Positions 49,737 to 59,106 of a stretch of 64,000 bases of DNA are shown here, in pieces. The notes under the pieces were generated by a model, which did no database searches, was not told the origin of the DNA, and saw only the letters and a program-made list of their open reading frames with translations. A program made the translations under genes and the position numbers. Every line of letters starts with the position of its first letter. Position 1 is the stretch's first letter. The DNA lies in the NCBI GenBank assembly GCA_965199495.1, contig CBDASK010000003.1:4096001-4160000 (forward strand), written 5' to 3'. This DNA comes from Abditibacterium sp. (GTDB taxonomy: Bacteria; Armatimonadota; Abditibacteriia; Abditibacteriales; Abditibacteriaceae).

Positions 49737-51074
49737 TCAAATCTCGAACCAGAACTCTGAGCCGACGCCGACTTCGCTGTTGACGCCGATAATTCCGCCG
49801 TGCGCTTCGACGGCCAATTTGCAAAAGGTTAAACCTAAACCGGTCGAGAATTTGGCGCCCTTTTGACGGTTTTCGACCTGGCCGAATTTATCGAAAATTT
49901 TATCCTGAAATTCGGGCGCGATGCCCGGCCCGTTATCCCTCACGGCGAAGTAGGTTTTGTTGGGCGTCGGCTCGGCGCTCAAAGTAATTTCGCCGTCGCG
50001 TGGCGTGAATTTGAGCGCGTTGCCGACCAGATTAATCAAAATGCGTTCAAGCAAATCGGGATCGGCTTCGACGGTTTTCTGCTCGCAACGCGCGATAATT
50101 TGGGCGCTGTCGCTATCTTCCATCGGGCGCGCGATTTGGATGACGCGCGTCAACAAAGGCTTTATCTCGACGGTCTGACGATGAATGGTAAATTCGCCCG
50201 CTTCCATTTTCGAGACATCCAACAAGGCGTTGACCATGCCCAATAAACGTTGGCCCGAACGGTGCGAAATGTGGACGACCTCGCGCTGGCTTTCGTCGAG
50301 CGGCCCCAACATTTCGGCTTCGAGCATTTGCAGCGGCGCCAAAAGTCCGGTTAAGGGCGTGCGCAAATCGTGGACGAGCATCGCCGTCAGGTTGTCGCGC
50401 ATACTTTCGGCGCGCTGAATTTCGCGATAGGCGCCTTCGAGTTCGCGGTTCTGGCGCGCGGCGCGGCCCAGCAAAAACGTGATCAAGCCCAGAAACAAAA
50501 AGCCGACCAGAGTTTCGATCCAAAACGTGCGCCTCGCATCGTCGGCGGCTTGATTGGCATTGGTCGAGCGCGATTCCAAAAGTTCGTTTTCGCGGCTGCG
50601 CATATCCGTGACAATGGTTTCGATGCGCCGGTTTTCGCGCTCCGCCGCGCCGCTTTCGACCAGATCGGTGGCGGCAGTTAAGCCCTTGGTTTTGCGCAGC
50701 GAAATACCGTGTTCGGCGATTTTTAGACGCGAGGCGACCGCCGACTTGAGAATCGGAACGCGCGACTTTTGCTGAGAATCGGTCGCCGCCACGCTCAGGT
50801 TACCCAGCGAAACGCTCAGACTTTCGCGCGCCGTTTTGAAAAAATCGAGATACGACGCATTGCCCGTCAACACATACGAACGCTGCGCACTTTCGGCGTC
50901 TTTGACCAGCCCCGCCACGTTTTCCAGTTCCGAAACCACGCTCACCGTTTGCGACAGCTCGCGATTGCCCGCGATAAGTTGCTCGATATTAAAATAAGCG
51001 ACAACGGCGTTGAGGCCCAGCGTGAGGCACACCAAAACTCCGATGAAGATGTGGCGAGACGAAAGCAGACGCAT
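49737..51074 (-). CDS. CHASE3 sensor histidine kinase
   Basis: DAESAQRSY.LTG, HDLRTPL, NALKF, DNGPG, GLGL. Confidence 0.93.
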   Translation of the reverse strand: MRLLSSRHIFIGVLVCLTLGLNAVVAYFNIEQLIAGNRELSQTVSVVSELENVAGLVKDAESAQRSYVLTGNASYLDFFKTARESLSVSLGNLSVAATDSQQKSRVPILKSAVASRLKIAEHGISLRKTKGLTAATDLVESGAAERENRRIETIVTDMRSRENELLESRSTNANQAADDARRTFWIETLVGFLFLGLITFLLGRAARQNRELEGAYREIQRAESMRDNLTAMLVHDLRTPLTGLLAPLQMLEAEMLGPLDESQREVVHISHRSGQRLLGMVNALLDVSKMEAGEFTIHRQTVEIKPLLTRVIQIARPMEDSDSAQIIARCEQKTVEADPDLLERILINLVGNALKFTPRDGEITLSAEPTPNKTYFAVRDNGPGIAPEFQDKIFDKFGQVENRQKGAKFSTGLGLTFCKLAVEAHGGIIGVNSEVGVGSEFWFEI

Positions 51075-51160
51075 GAAAAGGTGAGGGTTTCAGTGTTACG
51101 TCTTCCACAAAACTTCGCCCACGCCAATGGGTGAAAATAGGGGTTTGGAACGTTTTGTTG

Positions 51161-51201
51161 AAAAAGGGCCGCAGAACTCGAAAGTTCTGCGGCCCTTTTT
51201 T
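51161..51201. terminator. Intrinsic terminator
   Basis: AAAAAGGGCCGCAGAACT/AGTTCTGCGGCCCTTTTT. Confidence 0.85.
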
Positions 51202-51219
51202 ATGCGTGCGAACAACGTC

Positions 51220-52269
51220 TTACTGTGTCCACGAAGCGTCGTAATTTTCGCCCTGTGTGTCGTTGGTCACAGCCACGCCCGCCGGTTGCGTGCCGGTTGC
51301 CGCGACGTTGGCGACATAAAGCTGGCGTCCCGCTCCCAAAGCTGTGTTGGCGTCCCATACCAGACGATTGCTGTCGGGGCTAAAGCTGGGGTTGAGTTGG
51401 TTGAAGCCGCCCGTCGGGCCATCGCCGATAACGGTGCCTGTCGGCGAAAGCAATTGCAGGCGCGCCTGACCCAGCGTCGGCGCGTTGAAGACGACGATGC
51501 GCTGGCCGTTGGGTGAATAGCGCGGATGCGCGGCGGAAGTGCCCGTCGCCAGAACTTGCGCGTTGGCCGCCGTGGCTGCTGTTGTGGCCGGTGTGATGAC
51601 CGCCAAATCGTTGAGATTGGAGTTGCCCGCGTTGACTAAAAAGCCCAGCAAACGCTGGCTATCGGGATTCCACGAGCCGTCGAACGAGGGTTGCGTCGGA
51701 TCGGCGAACGTCACCTCGCGCTGGTTGGCGCCGGTCGCGTCCATGATATACAAGTGGCGCGTTCCGCCACGCGTGGACTGCCACAAAATGCTATTGCCAT
51801 CGGGCGAAAACACCGGGCGCGTGTCCTGCGGCGCCTGAGCGGCGGGGCCGGTATCGTTGGTCAGGCGTTGCGGCGTGCCCGAACCGTCGGATTTGATGAC
51901 GTAAATTTCCGAGTTGCCATCGCGCTGCGAGGAAAATACCACGCGGCGCCCGTCGGGCGAGCGCGAAGGGTTTTCGTCAACCGCGTCGTTGGTGGTCAGG
52001 CGGCGCGCGTTGGTCGCCGCCGTTCCGTTGAGGTCAAGCGAGTAGATTTCGGGATTGCCGTCGCGCGTCGAAACGAAAACAATGCTGCCCGCGCCCAACG
52101 CAAAACCGCCGCCGCCAGTTCCGCCTGCCGTGCCCAGACCGCCGTTGCCCGAACCGGGTGTCGGCAAGTTGCTGCCACCACCGCCGCCACAACCGGCGAT
52201 CATCAAACCGAGGCCAGCGCTGGCGACCAAAAGCGGCAACTGAGCGCCGCGCAAAGAAAGATTAAACAT
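51220..52269 (-). CDS. TolB-like PD40 lipoprotein
   Basis: Lipobox IAGC, repeated P.(F/Y)SPDG, RDGN.EIY. Confidence 0.88.
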   Translation of the reverse strand: MFNLSLRGAQLPLLVASAGLGLMIAGCGGGGGSNLPTPGSGNGGLGTAGGTGGGGFALGAGSIVFVSTRDGNPEIYSLDLNGTAATNARRLTTNDAVDENPSRSPDGRRVVFSSQRDGNSEIYVIKSDGSGTPQRLTNDTGPAAQAPQDTRPVFSPDGNSILWQSTRGGTRHLYIMDATGANQREVTFADPTQPSFDGSWNPDSQRLLGFLVNAGNSNLNDLAVITPATTAATAANAQVLATGTSAAHPRYSPNGQRIVVFNAPTLGQARLQLLSPTGTVIGDGPTGGFNQLNPSFSPDSNRLVWDANTALGAGRQLYVANVAATGTQPAGVAVTNDTQGENYDASWTQ

Positions 52270-52350
52270 AGTCCCCCCAATTTTACCTCAATTGCGCCGC
52301 TTTGCCATCCGATTTTAGCGCCGATGTAGAGCAATTTTTTGCTGTTGAGA

Positions 52351-53280
52351 TCAAATCGGTTTGCGCGCGAGGGCCATAATCGTCTCGAAGTGCGGCGGCG
52401 CGCTTTCGCGATCCACGCGCGAAACTTCGATTTCGCCAAAACCCGCGTCGCTCAGCAAACTCGACATTTCGACGGGCGAAAACCCCAGCCAAACGTGCGC
52501 ATAAAGTTCGCGCGCGGCCTCGAACTCGTGGCGCACCAAATCGAAAACCACAATTTGTCCGCCCGGCTTCAACACGCGCGCCGCCTCAGCCACGGCGCGG
52601 TCGGGATGCAAAACGTGATGCAACGTCTGGTGCATCAACGCCAAATCTACCGCGCCGTCGTCAATCGGCACGTTTTCCATGTCACCCAACCGATATTCCA
52701 AATTCGACAATCCGTTGCTCGCCGCCAACTCGGCGCCGTATTCGCGCATTTTGGGCGAATTATCAACCGCAATCACACGCTTGGCGCGCTGAGCCAACAA
52801 AAGCGAAAGCGTCGCTTCGCCCGCGCCCAGATCGGCGATTTCGAGTGGCGGCAACAAGCGCAAAAACATTTCGGATAATGCTTTCCACGAACGGCCCGGC
52901 ACGTAATCGCGCCCGAATTTTCCGGCCAATTCGTCGAAATGCGTCTTCAAAGCGTCGCTGCGTTTTTCCAGTAATAATCGCAACGCCTCATCGTCGTGCG
53001 CGGACTGGGCGATTTCGGCCTGACTGCGCTGCAAAACATCTTGCACCAAAGCCTTCATGCCGGGCGGCGTGGCTGCTTTGTAAAGGTTCTTCTGGCCGAC
53101 GCGCCGCAACTCCACAAATCCGCCGCCCTTGAGCTGCGCCAGTTGCATCGAAATCCGGCTCTGGCCCATGCCCAAAATCTCCTGCAACTCGGCGACGCTG
53201 AGTTCCTCGCGGTCGAGCAGACGCAATACGCGCACGCGGTTGGCATCGCCCAAAATTCGCAGCGCCTTGAAAAATTCCAT
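52351..53280 (-). CDS. sahR: ArsR-HTH + SAM-methyltransferase regulator (SahR-like)
   Basis: ArsR N-terminus, DLGAGE, LHH; divergent from ahcY. Confidence 0.82.
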   Translation of the reverse strand: MEFFKALRILGDANRVRVLRLLDREELSVAELQEILGMGQSRISMQLAQLKGGGFVELRRVGQKNLYKAATPPGMKALVQDVLQRSQAEIAQSAHDDEALRLLLEKRSDALKTHFDELAGKFGRDYVPGRSWKALSEMFLRLLPPLEIADLGAGEATLSLLLAQRAKRVIAVDNSPKMREYGAELAASNGLSNLEYRLGDMENVPIDDGAVDLALMHQTLHHVLHPDRAVAEAARVLKPGGQIVVFDLVRHEFEAARELYAHVWLGFSPVEMSSLLSDAGFGEIEVSRVDRESAPPHFETIMALARKPI

Positions 53281-53328
53281 TGGGAGCCAGTTTAGATAAA
53301 GAAGCAATGAGCGCCTATTGCACTAATC

Positions 53329-53367
53329 ATCAATCTATCTTGATTTGTTGATATTGTGTGGTATAAT
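53329..53367 (+). promoter_or_regulatory. SahR-type operator overlapping the ahcY promoter
   Basis: ATCAA-N6-TTGAT at 53329-53344; TTGATT -35, 16-bp spacer, TGnTATAAT -10. Confidence 0.75.
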
Positions 53368-53395
53368 TTCAAGCTGAACGGAGAAAACCAAAATT

Positions 53396-54892
53396 ATGTC
53401 CACAATTTTAGCCGAAGACAAAGTCGCCGCCAAAGGCGCACAGCAAGCCAAACTCGATTCGATGGTTGCCGATATTGACGTCAACTTTACCGATTACAAA
53501 GTCGCCGATATTGCGCTCGCGAGCTGGGGCCGCAAAGAAATCAACGTCGCCGAACACGAAATGCCCGGCCTGATGGCGATTCGTAAAAAATACGCCGCTG
53601 ACAAGCCGTTGCAGGATGTGCGTATCACCGGCTCGTTGCACATGACGATTCAGACCGCCGTTTTGATCGAGACTTTGGTCGAATTGGGCGCCGATGTGCG
53701 TTGGGCGAGCTGCAACATCTTCTCGACGCAAGATCACGCCGCCGCCGCGATTGCAGCCACCGGCACGCCGGTCTTCGCTTGGAAAGGCGAATCATTGGAA
53801 GAATATTGGTGGTGCACCAATCAGGCTTTGTCGTTCCCCGGCGACCTCGGCCCGCAAATGGTCGTGGACGACGGCGGCGACGTGACGTTGTTGATTCACA
53901 AGGGCTACGAACTCGAAAATGGCGACGACAAATGGGTCAATTCCGCGTCGGGCAGTTTGGAAGAGAAAGTCATCAAGAACTTGCTCAAAACGATTCAAGC
54001 CGAGACGCCGGAGCGTTGGCGCAACGTGGTGAAAGAGTGGAAAGGCGTTTCGGAAGAGACGACGACGGGTGTTCACCGTTTATATAAGATGCAGGCCGAG
54101 GGCAAATTGCTCGTTCCCGCCATTAACGTCAACGATTCCGTGACCAAATCGAAGTTCGACAATCTTTACGGTTGCCGCGAGAGTTTGGCCGATGGAATCA
54201 AGCGCGCGACCGACGTGATGTTGTCGGGCAAAGTCGCGGTGATTTGCGGCTACGGCGATGTCGGCAAAGGTTCGGCTCAGTCGCTGCGCGGATTGGGCGC
54301 GCGCGTTGTCGTCACCGAAATCGATCCGATTAACGCGCTACAAGCCGCGATGGAAGGCTATGAAGTCAAGACCGTCGAAGACACGTTGGGCTGGGGCGAT
54401 ATTTACGTGACGACGACCGGCAACGTGGATATTCTCCGTTTGGAACACATGGAAAAGATGAAAGATCAGGCGATTGTCTGTAACATCGGCCATTTTGACA
54501 ACGAGATTCAGGTCGACAAACTCAACAACGCGCCGGGCGTCGAGCGTTTGGAAATCAAGCCGCAGGTTGACCAATACACCTTCCCCGACGGCCACCAAAT
54601 TTTCATGTTGGCCGAAGGCCGTCTGGTGAACTTGGGGTGCGCGACCGGACATCCGAGTTTCGTGATGTCGGCGAGTTTCGCCAACCAGACTTTGGCGCAG
54701 TTGGATTTGTGGGCTAAGAAAGATGAATACGAAGTCGGCGTTTACGTTTTGCCCAAGAAATTGGACGAGGAAGTCGCGCGCTTGCATCTGGAGAAAATCG
54801 GCGCGAAATTGACCGTGCTGACCAAAGAACAAGCCGATTACATCGACGTGGCTGTTGAAGGCCCGTATAAAGCCGAGACTTACCGTTATTGA
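53396..54892 (+). CDS. ahcY: Adenosylhomocysteinase
   Basis: [41 protein letters not shown]. Confidence 0.98.
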   Translation: MSTILAEDKVAAKGAQQAKLDSMVADIDVNFTDYKVADIALASWGRKEINVAEHEMPGLMAIRKKYAADKPLQDVRITGSLHMTIQTAVLIETLVELGADVRWASCNIFSTQDHAAAAIAATGTPVFAWKGESLEEYWWCTNQALSFPGDLGPQMVVDDGGDVTLLIHKGYELENGDDKWVNSASGSLEEKVIKNLLKTIQAETPERWRNVVKEWKGVSEETTTGVHRLYKMQAEGKLLVPAINVNDSVTKSKFDNLYGCRESLADGIKRATDVMLSGKVAVICGYGDVGKGSAQSLRGLGARVVVTEIDPINALQAAMEGYEVKTVEDTLGWGDIYVTTTGNVDILRLEHMEKMKDQAIVCNIGHFDNEIQVDKLNNAPGVERLEIKPQVDQYTFPDGHQIFMLAEGRLVNLGCATGHPSFVMSASFANQTLAQLDLWAKKDEYEVGVYVLPKKLDEEVARLHLEKIGAKLTVLTKEQADYIDVAVEGPYKAETYRY

Positions 54893-54906
54893 ATTTCGGC
54901 AAATAG

Positions 54907-54942
54907 AAAAAGCCGCGCCCGAATTTTCGGGCGCGGCTTTTT
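54907..54942 (+). terminator. Intrinsic terminator after ahcY
   Basis: AAAAAGCCGCGCCCGAA/TTCGGGCGCGGCTTTTT. Confidence 0.88.
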
Positions 54943-54964
54943 GATTTGCGGCAAACTCGTCTGT

Positions 54965-55618
54965 ATGCCAGCGACGCTCGATTTTCAGGAGATATTGCGC
55001 AATCCCAGCGAAACTTATGAAGAGGGATTGCGCTTTTTTCGCGGCGAGGGGCTGATGAACCAAACGCTCAAACAACTCGCCGCCGATTTGGACGCGCGCC
55101 ACATTGATTACGCTGTGATTGGCGCGATTGCGCTTAACCAACACGGCTATCGGCGCTTTACTTCCGACATCGACATTTTGCTGACGTCCGAGGGTTTAGA
55201 GCGATTTCGCGCCGAGCTGGTTGGCCGTGGCTACCGTCCGGCATTTGAAGGTGCGACGCGCAAATTCCGCGCGACGCAGGAAAATGTACCAATTGAAATT
55301 ATCACGTCGGGCGAGTTTCCCGGTGATGGCCGCGCCAAAGCGGTGAGTTTTCCTGAACCTTCGCAAGTCGCAATTGAAATTGACGGCGTGAAAACGGTGA
55401 ATCTGGAAAAACTGGTCGAGCTAAAATTAGCATCGGGCGCTTCGGGTTTGGGGCGCCGCCGCGATTTAGGGGATGTGCAAGAACTGATTCGCACGCTGAA
55501 TTTAAGCGCTGGCTTTGCCGAGAAAATTGACGCTTCGGTGCGCGCGCTTTACTTAGAATTGTGGGGCGAATTGCAAGCCGCGCGCGAACAAACCGGCGCG
55601 CCCGACGCGGATTTTTAA
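54965..55618 (+). CDS. Pol-beta-superfamily nucleotidyltransferase-like protein
   Basis: YAVIGAIAL..HG..RFT.DIDIL, LVELK, RDLGD. Confidence 0.75.
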   Translation: MPATLDFQEILRNPSETYEEGLRFFRGEGLMNQTLKQLAADLDARHIDYAVIGAIALNQHGYRRFTSDIDILLTSEGLERFRAELVGRGYRPAFEGATRKFRATQENVPIEIITSGEFPGDGRAKAVSFPEPSQVAIEIDGVKTVNLEKLVELKLASGASGLGRRRDLGDVQELIRTLNLSAGFAEKIDASVRALYLELWGELQAAREQTGAPDADF

Positions 55619-57552
55619 TTTGGCACGGGCGCCGTGGCTGCTCCGTTGGCGGCTTCTTTCGCTTTCTCCTTCTCCACTTTCTTCTCGACTGCCACAGCTT
55701 TTTTCTCGGCTTCCTCGACTTTCTTCACCACTTTCTCGACCTTTTCTTCGGCGGCTTTTTCGCCGGGAATGAGCGTGATTATTGTGTCGTTGGCGTTCGG
55801 TTCGATCTGGCTGTCGGCGGCGATGACGAACAGTTCGCCTTTTTCGGTGATGAGAAAGAGCGGAATCGCGTAAACGCCATAGCGGTCACGCAGGTCTTCG
55901 TAAGTAAATTCGGCGCTCAGTTTGGTGGCTTTCACGGTCGCACCTTTGGCGAACGCTTCGTTGAGTTGCGTCCACGAAGTGCCCCGGTCGAAGATGAGAC
56001 GCCCGCGTTGGTTTGGCCCGACCGATTCGTGGCGCGCGTGACCCGCGCGTTTGAATGAAAGCTGGAACACGCCCGCGCGCCCGAACAATTCGATGTAATT
56101 CATGCAGGCGAGCGCGTTGACTTCGTCGTTGCGCGTCAGAGCCACGAGGCGTCCGTATTCGCCTTGTTCGGCGGCTTCGTGCGCGACCTTCGACATAATC
56201 GAAGTATGTTGCGCGGTCAAACCGGCCATCTTCGCCGCCGCCGTGTTGCTCACATCGGTATCCACCATCAGCACGCTGATGCCCGCTTTTTTGAGCGCCT
56301 CGGCAATTTTGCGCGACCAATCGTTGGCGCCCACGATCATCACGCCGTTGGGCGCGGGTTTGGCGATGCCCAATTTCTTGGCGACAAAACTCGCCGTCAA
56401 ACCATAAAGCGCGACGGTGCCGACGATAATCACGACCGTGACTGGCACGATGGATTCGGCGCCCGACAAAGGTTCGTCCATCGCGAGTAGGCGTTGCGCA
56501 AAAATAGAAGCCACCGCCGCCGCCACGATGCCGCGCGGCGCCATCCAACTCAAAAATAATTTCTCTTGCAGCGTGACTTTGGTGCCGATGGTCGAAAGAA
56601 ACACGCTGAGCGGGCGCGCGACAATCACCATCAATACCAGAAACGCGATGCTGCCCCAGCCGATTTCTCGCAGTTCTTCGACGCGCAGACGCGCGGCCAG
56701 TAAAATAAACAGTCCCGAAATCAACAAAACGCGCAGGTTTTCTTTGAACTCGACGATGTGGCCGACGGCGATCCATTTCTGGTTCGCCAAAATTACGCCC
56801 ATCAGCGTAACGGCGACCAAGCCCGATTCGGCCTGCAAGTGATTGGAAAACGCGAACGCGCCCGCGACAAACGCCAAAACCGCCGGGTTTTGCAGTTCGT
56901 CGGGAATCCAGAAGCGCCGCAGCAAACTCGCGAGGGCACCCGCCGCGACTAAGCCGACGCCACCGCCAAAAAGCAGCGTTTTGCCAATCGAAAGCGCGAT
57001 AAATTGCCAACCGTCGGAATGACCGACAATCGCCTCGAACACGATGACCGCCAGCACCGCACCAATCGGGTCAATGACGATGCCTTCCCAGTTGAGAATC
57101 GAAGAAACCTTGGCCGTCGGTCGCACATGGCGCAAAAGCGGCCCGATAACTGTCGGGCCAGTGACAACCAGAATCGCGCCCAGCAAAAGTGCGACGCCCC
57201 AGTCTTGAATGCCGACGAGGTAATGCGCGCCCAGCGTGCCCACGACCCACGTCGCGAGCGCGCCGACCGATAATAATCGCCACAAAACCGCGCCGACATG
57301 AGGCAATTGACTAAGACGCAACGTGAGACCGCCCTCGAACAGGATGACAGCCACGGCGAACGAGATAATCGGAAACAGTAGTCCGCCGAAAACTTTGTTG
57401 GGATCGAGAATGTGCGTTACCGGCCCCGCGATGAAGCCGAAGACGAGCAGCAACAAAATCGCGGGCAGACGCACGCGCCAGCCCAGCCACTGTGCGCCGA
57501 TTCCTAAAACTATGGTGAGCGCGATGCCCACTAAACGCTGATGTTCTTCCAA
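55615..57552 (-). CDS. CPA1 cation:proton antiporter with RCK/NAD-binding C-terminal domain
   Basis: LFEGG, TGPTV, WEGI.IDP, APRGIVAA; TTG start after AAGGGA chosen over the MITE-derived ATG 57666. Confidence 0.9.
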   Translation of the reverse strand: MEEHQRLVGIALTIVLGIGAQWLGWRVRLPAILLLLVFGFIAGPVTHILDPNKVFGGLLFPIISFAVAVILFEGGLTLRLSQLPHVGAVLWRLLSVGALATWVVGTLGAHYLVGIQDWGVALLLGAILVVTGPTVIGPLLRHVRPTAKVSSILNWEGIVIDPIGAVLAVIVFEAIVGHSDGWQFIALSIGKTLLFGGGVGLVAAGALASLLRRFWIPDELQNPAVLAFVAGAFAFSNHLQAESGLVAVTLMGVILANQKWIAVGHIVEFKENLRVLLISGLFILLAARLRVEELREIGWGSIAFLVLMVIVARPLSVFLSTIGTKVTLQEKLFLSWMAPRGIVAAAVASIFAQRLLAMDEPLSGAESIVPVTVVIIVGTVALYGLTASFVAKKLGIAKPAPNGVMIVGANDWSRKIAEALKKAGISVLMVDTDVSNTAAAKMAGLTAQHTSIMSKVAHEAAEQGEYGRLVALTRNDEVNALACMNYIELFGRAGVFQLSFKRAGHARHESVGPNQRGRLIFDRGTSWTQLNEAFAKGATVKATKLSAEFTYEDLRDRYGVYAIPLFLITEKGELFVIAADSQIEPNANDTIITLIPGEKAAEEKVEKVVKKVEEAEKKAVAVEKKVEKEKAKEAANGAATAPVPN

Positions 57553-57614
57553 ATAAATTCCCTTGAAAAAGTCGAAGTCAAAAAGACCGATGGAGTTCTC
57601 ATCTGCGATAACTC

Positions 57615-57760
57615 CCGCTTTGTCATTCTGAGCGAAGAGAGGCACGAACGAAGTCGAAGAATCCATGCGTTATAACCGGAACGCAGGATTGAGAAAAACT
57701 TCAGAGTTATGGATTCTTCGACTTCGTTCGTGCCTCTCTTCGCTCAGAATGACAAAGCGG
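57615..57760. mobile_element. MITE-like palindromic element with 52-bp perfect arms
   Basis: Arms 57615-57666 and 57709-57760, GTCATTCTGAGCGAAG..GAAGAATC type. Confidence 0.85.
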
Positions 57761-57791
57761 AGAGCATCACTATCGTAGCATTAACTGCCGA

Positions 57792-58538
57792 TCAAAATTC
57801 GTTGATTTCGTTGGTGTCCAAACCAATTTTGCGTTGCAACGTCGCGCCGGGCAGGGCGAAACGAAACGTCATGTCGTGGCCGTCGCCGGGAATGTTGACC
57901 AAAACTTCGTCTTGCGCCTGTTCCAGTTTTGCCATCTCGAAATCGGGGTGTTCCAGAAACAACGTCCAGCCGCCGATTTGCGGGTTGGGCAGGGCGTTGA
58001 TGATTTGCACGTTTTCGTCGTAAACCGGAAATATCGGCAATTGCGTGGGCGATTCTGAGCGCAGAATCATCAATAAATCGCCCGCCGAAAAGTTGAGCGC
58101 GCGCACGCGAAATCCGCGACTGGCGACGCCTTCGATGAGTTCGTGAAACGGCGTCATCGGATCGTCACGCAATTCATTTTCGCCTTCGATGGGTTCGCTC
58201 CACAGCTCCTCGCGATCAATTTCGCTGGAATCCTGTGCGTCGGTCGTTTCGGGTTCGAGCGTGAAAATCGCGCGCGGCCAATTCGCCGACATTTGGTCGC
58301 CGCGCATTTCGATCTGCACCGGCTCGAAGAAATCGCTTTCGAGCATCAGGCCCAGAAAGTTCTTCTGACTATCGTAAAAGGTATCAACCGGCGCGACATC
58401 GGGCGGCAAAGTGCCCGCCGCGAACAGGTTCGTCGGATGCGAAATAACGCGCAACAACGCCAACAGTTGATCGGGCTTGAGCAGAAACATCAACCATTTT
58501 TTGGTTTCGCGCTGGGGCGCAGATTCGGAATTTTGCAT
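57792..58538 (-). CDS. Hypothetical protein with apparent internal duplication
   Basis: Two similar halves: LLALLR..LESDFFE and LLMILR..LEHPDFE. Confidence 0.65.
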   Translation of the reverse strand: MQNSESAPQRETKKWLMFLLKPDQLLALLRVISHPTNLFAAGTLPPDVAPVDTFYDSQKNFLGLMLESDFFEPVQIEMRGDQMSANWPRAIFTLEPETTDAQDSSEIDREELWSEPIEGENELRDDPMTPFHELIEGVASRGFRVRALNFSAGDLLMILRSESPTQLPIFPVYDENVQIINALPNPQIGGWTLFLEHPDFEMAKLEQAQDEVLVNIPGDGHDMTFRFALPGATLQRKIGLDTNEINEF

Positions 58539-58578
58539 AACGTGAAAGTCAGTTTAGGAAACGCGAAGCCTTGCCCGG

Positions 58579-59010
58579 CTAATCATGCGCCAGTTCGGCG
58601 GCGGCGCGCAAGCCGAGTTCGTAGGACAGCGTGCCAAACCCGGCGATAGTGCCGACGCAAACTTCCGAAATGACCGAATGATGGCGCCACGCTTCGGCGC
58701 GCGCGGCGGTGTTGGACAAATGAACTTCGATGACCGGATGCGGAATCGCGGCGATGGCATCGCGCAGCGCATACGAATAATGCGTCCATGCGCCCGCGTT
58801 CAGCACGACGGCCTGCGCCTGAGTTTGATGCAACTCGTCAATGATGACGCCTTCGTGATTCGATTGGACGCACTCGACTTCAACGCTCATTTCTTGGCCC
58901 AACGTCATCAAGCGTTCATTGAGCGAATCGAGGGTTAAAATGCCGTAAATATCCGGCTCGCGCGAGCCGAGCAGGTTGAGGTTAGGGCCGTGTAATACGA
59001 GAATTTTCAT
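58579..59010 (-). CDS. aroQ: Type II 3-dehydroquinate dehydratase
   Basis: HGPNLNLLG.REP.IYG, QSNHEG, THYSYALRDA, EVHLSN. Confidence 0.97.
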   Translation of the reverse strand: MKILVLHGPNLNLLGSREPDIYGILTLDSLNERLMTLGQEMSVEVECVQSNHEGVIIDELHQTQAQAVVLNAGAWTHYSYALRDAIAAIPHPVIEVHLSNTAARAEAWRHHSVISEVCVGTIAGFGTLSYELGLRAAAELAHD

Positions 59011-59023
59011 AGTTTGAGTTTCC

Positions 59024-59106
59024 GTAGAGACGCCGATTTATCGCGTCTGAAACGTGGAAATTGCGGAAAGTTTTATATTTTAGAAGCGATAAATCGGCGT
59101 CTCTAC
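59024..59106. repeat. GTAG-type REP doublet
   Basis: GTAGAGACGCCGATTTATCGCGTCT identical to 28263, plus an inverted copy. Confidence 0.9.

Noticed and set aside
57709..58023. 104-aa ORF with the same N-terminus as the antiporter ORF
   Set aside because: Artefact of the palindromic element; antisense to a better-supported ORF.
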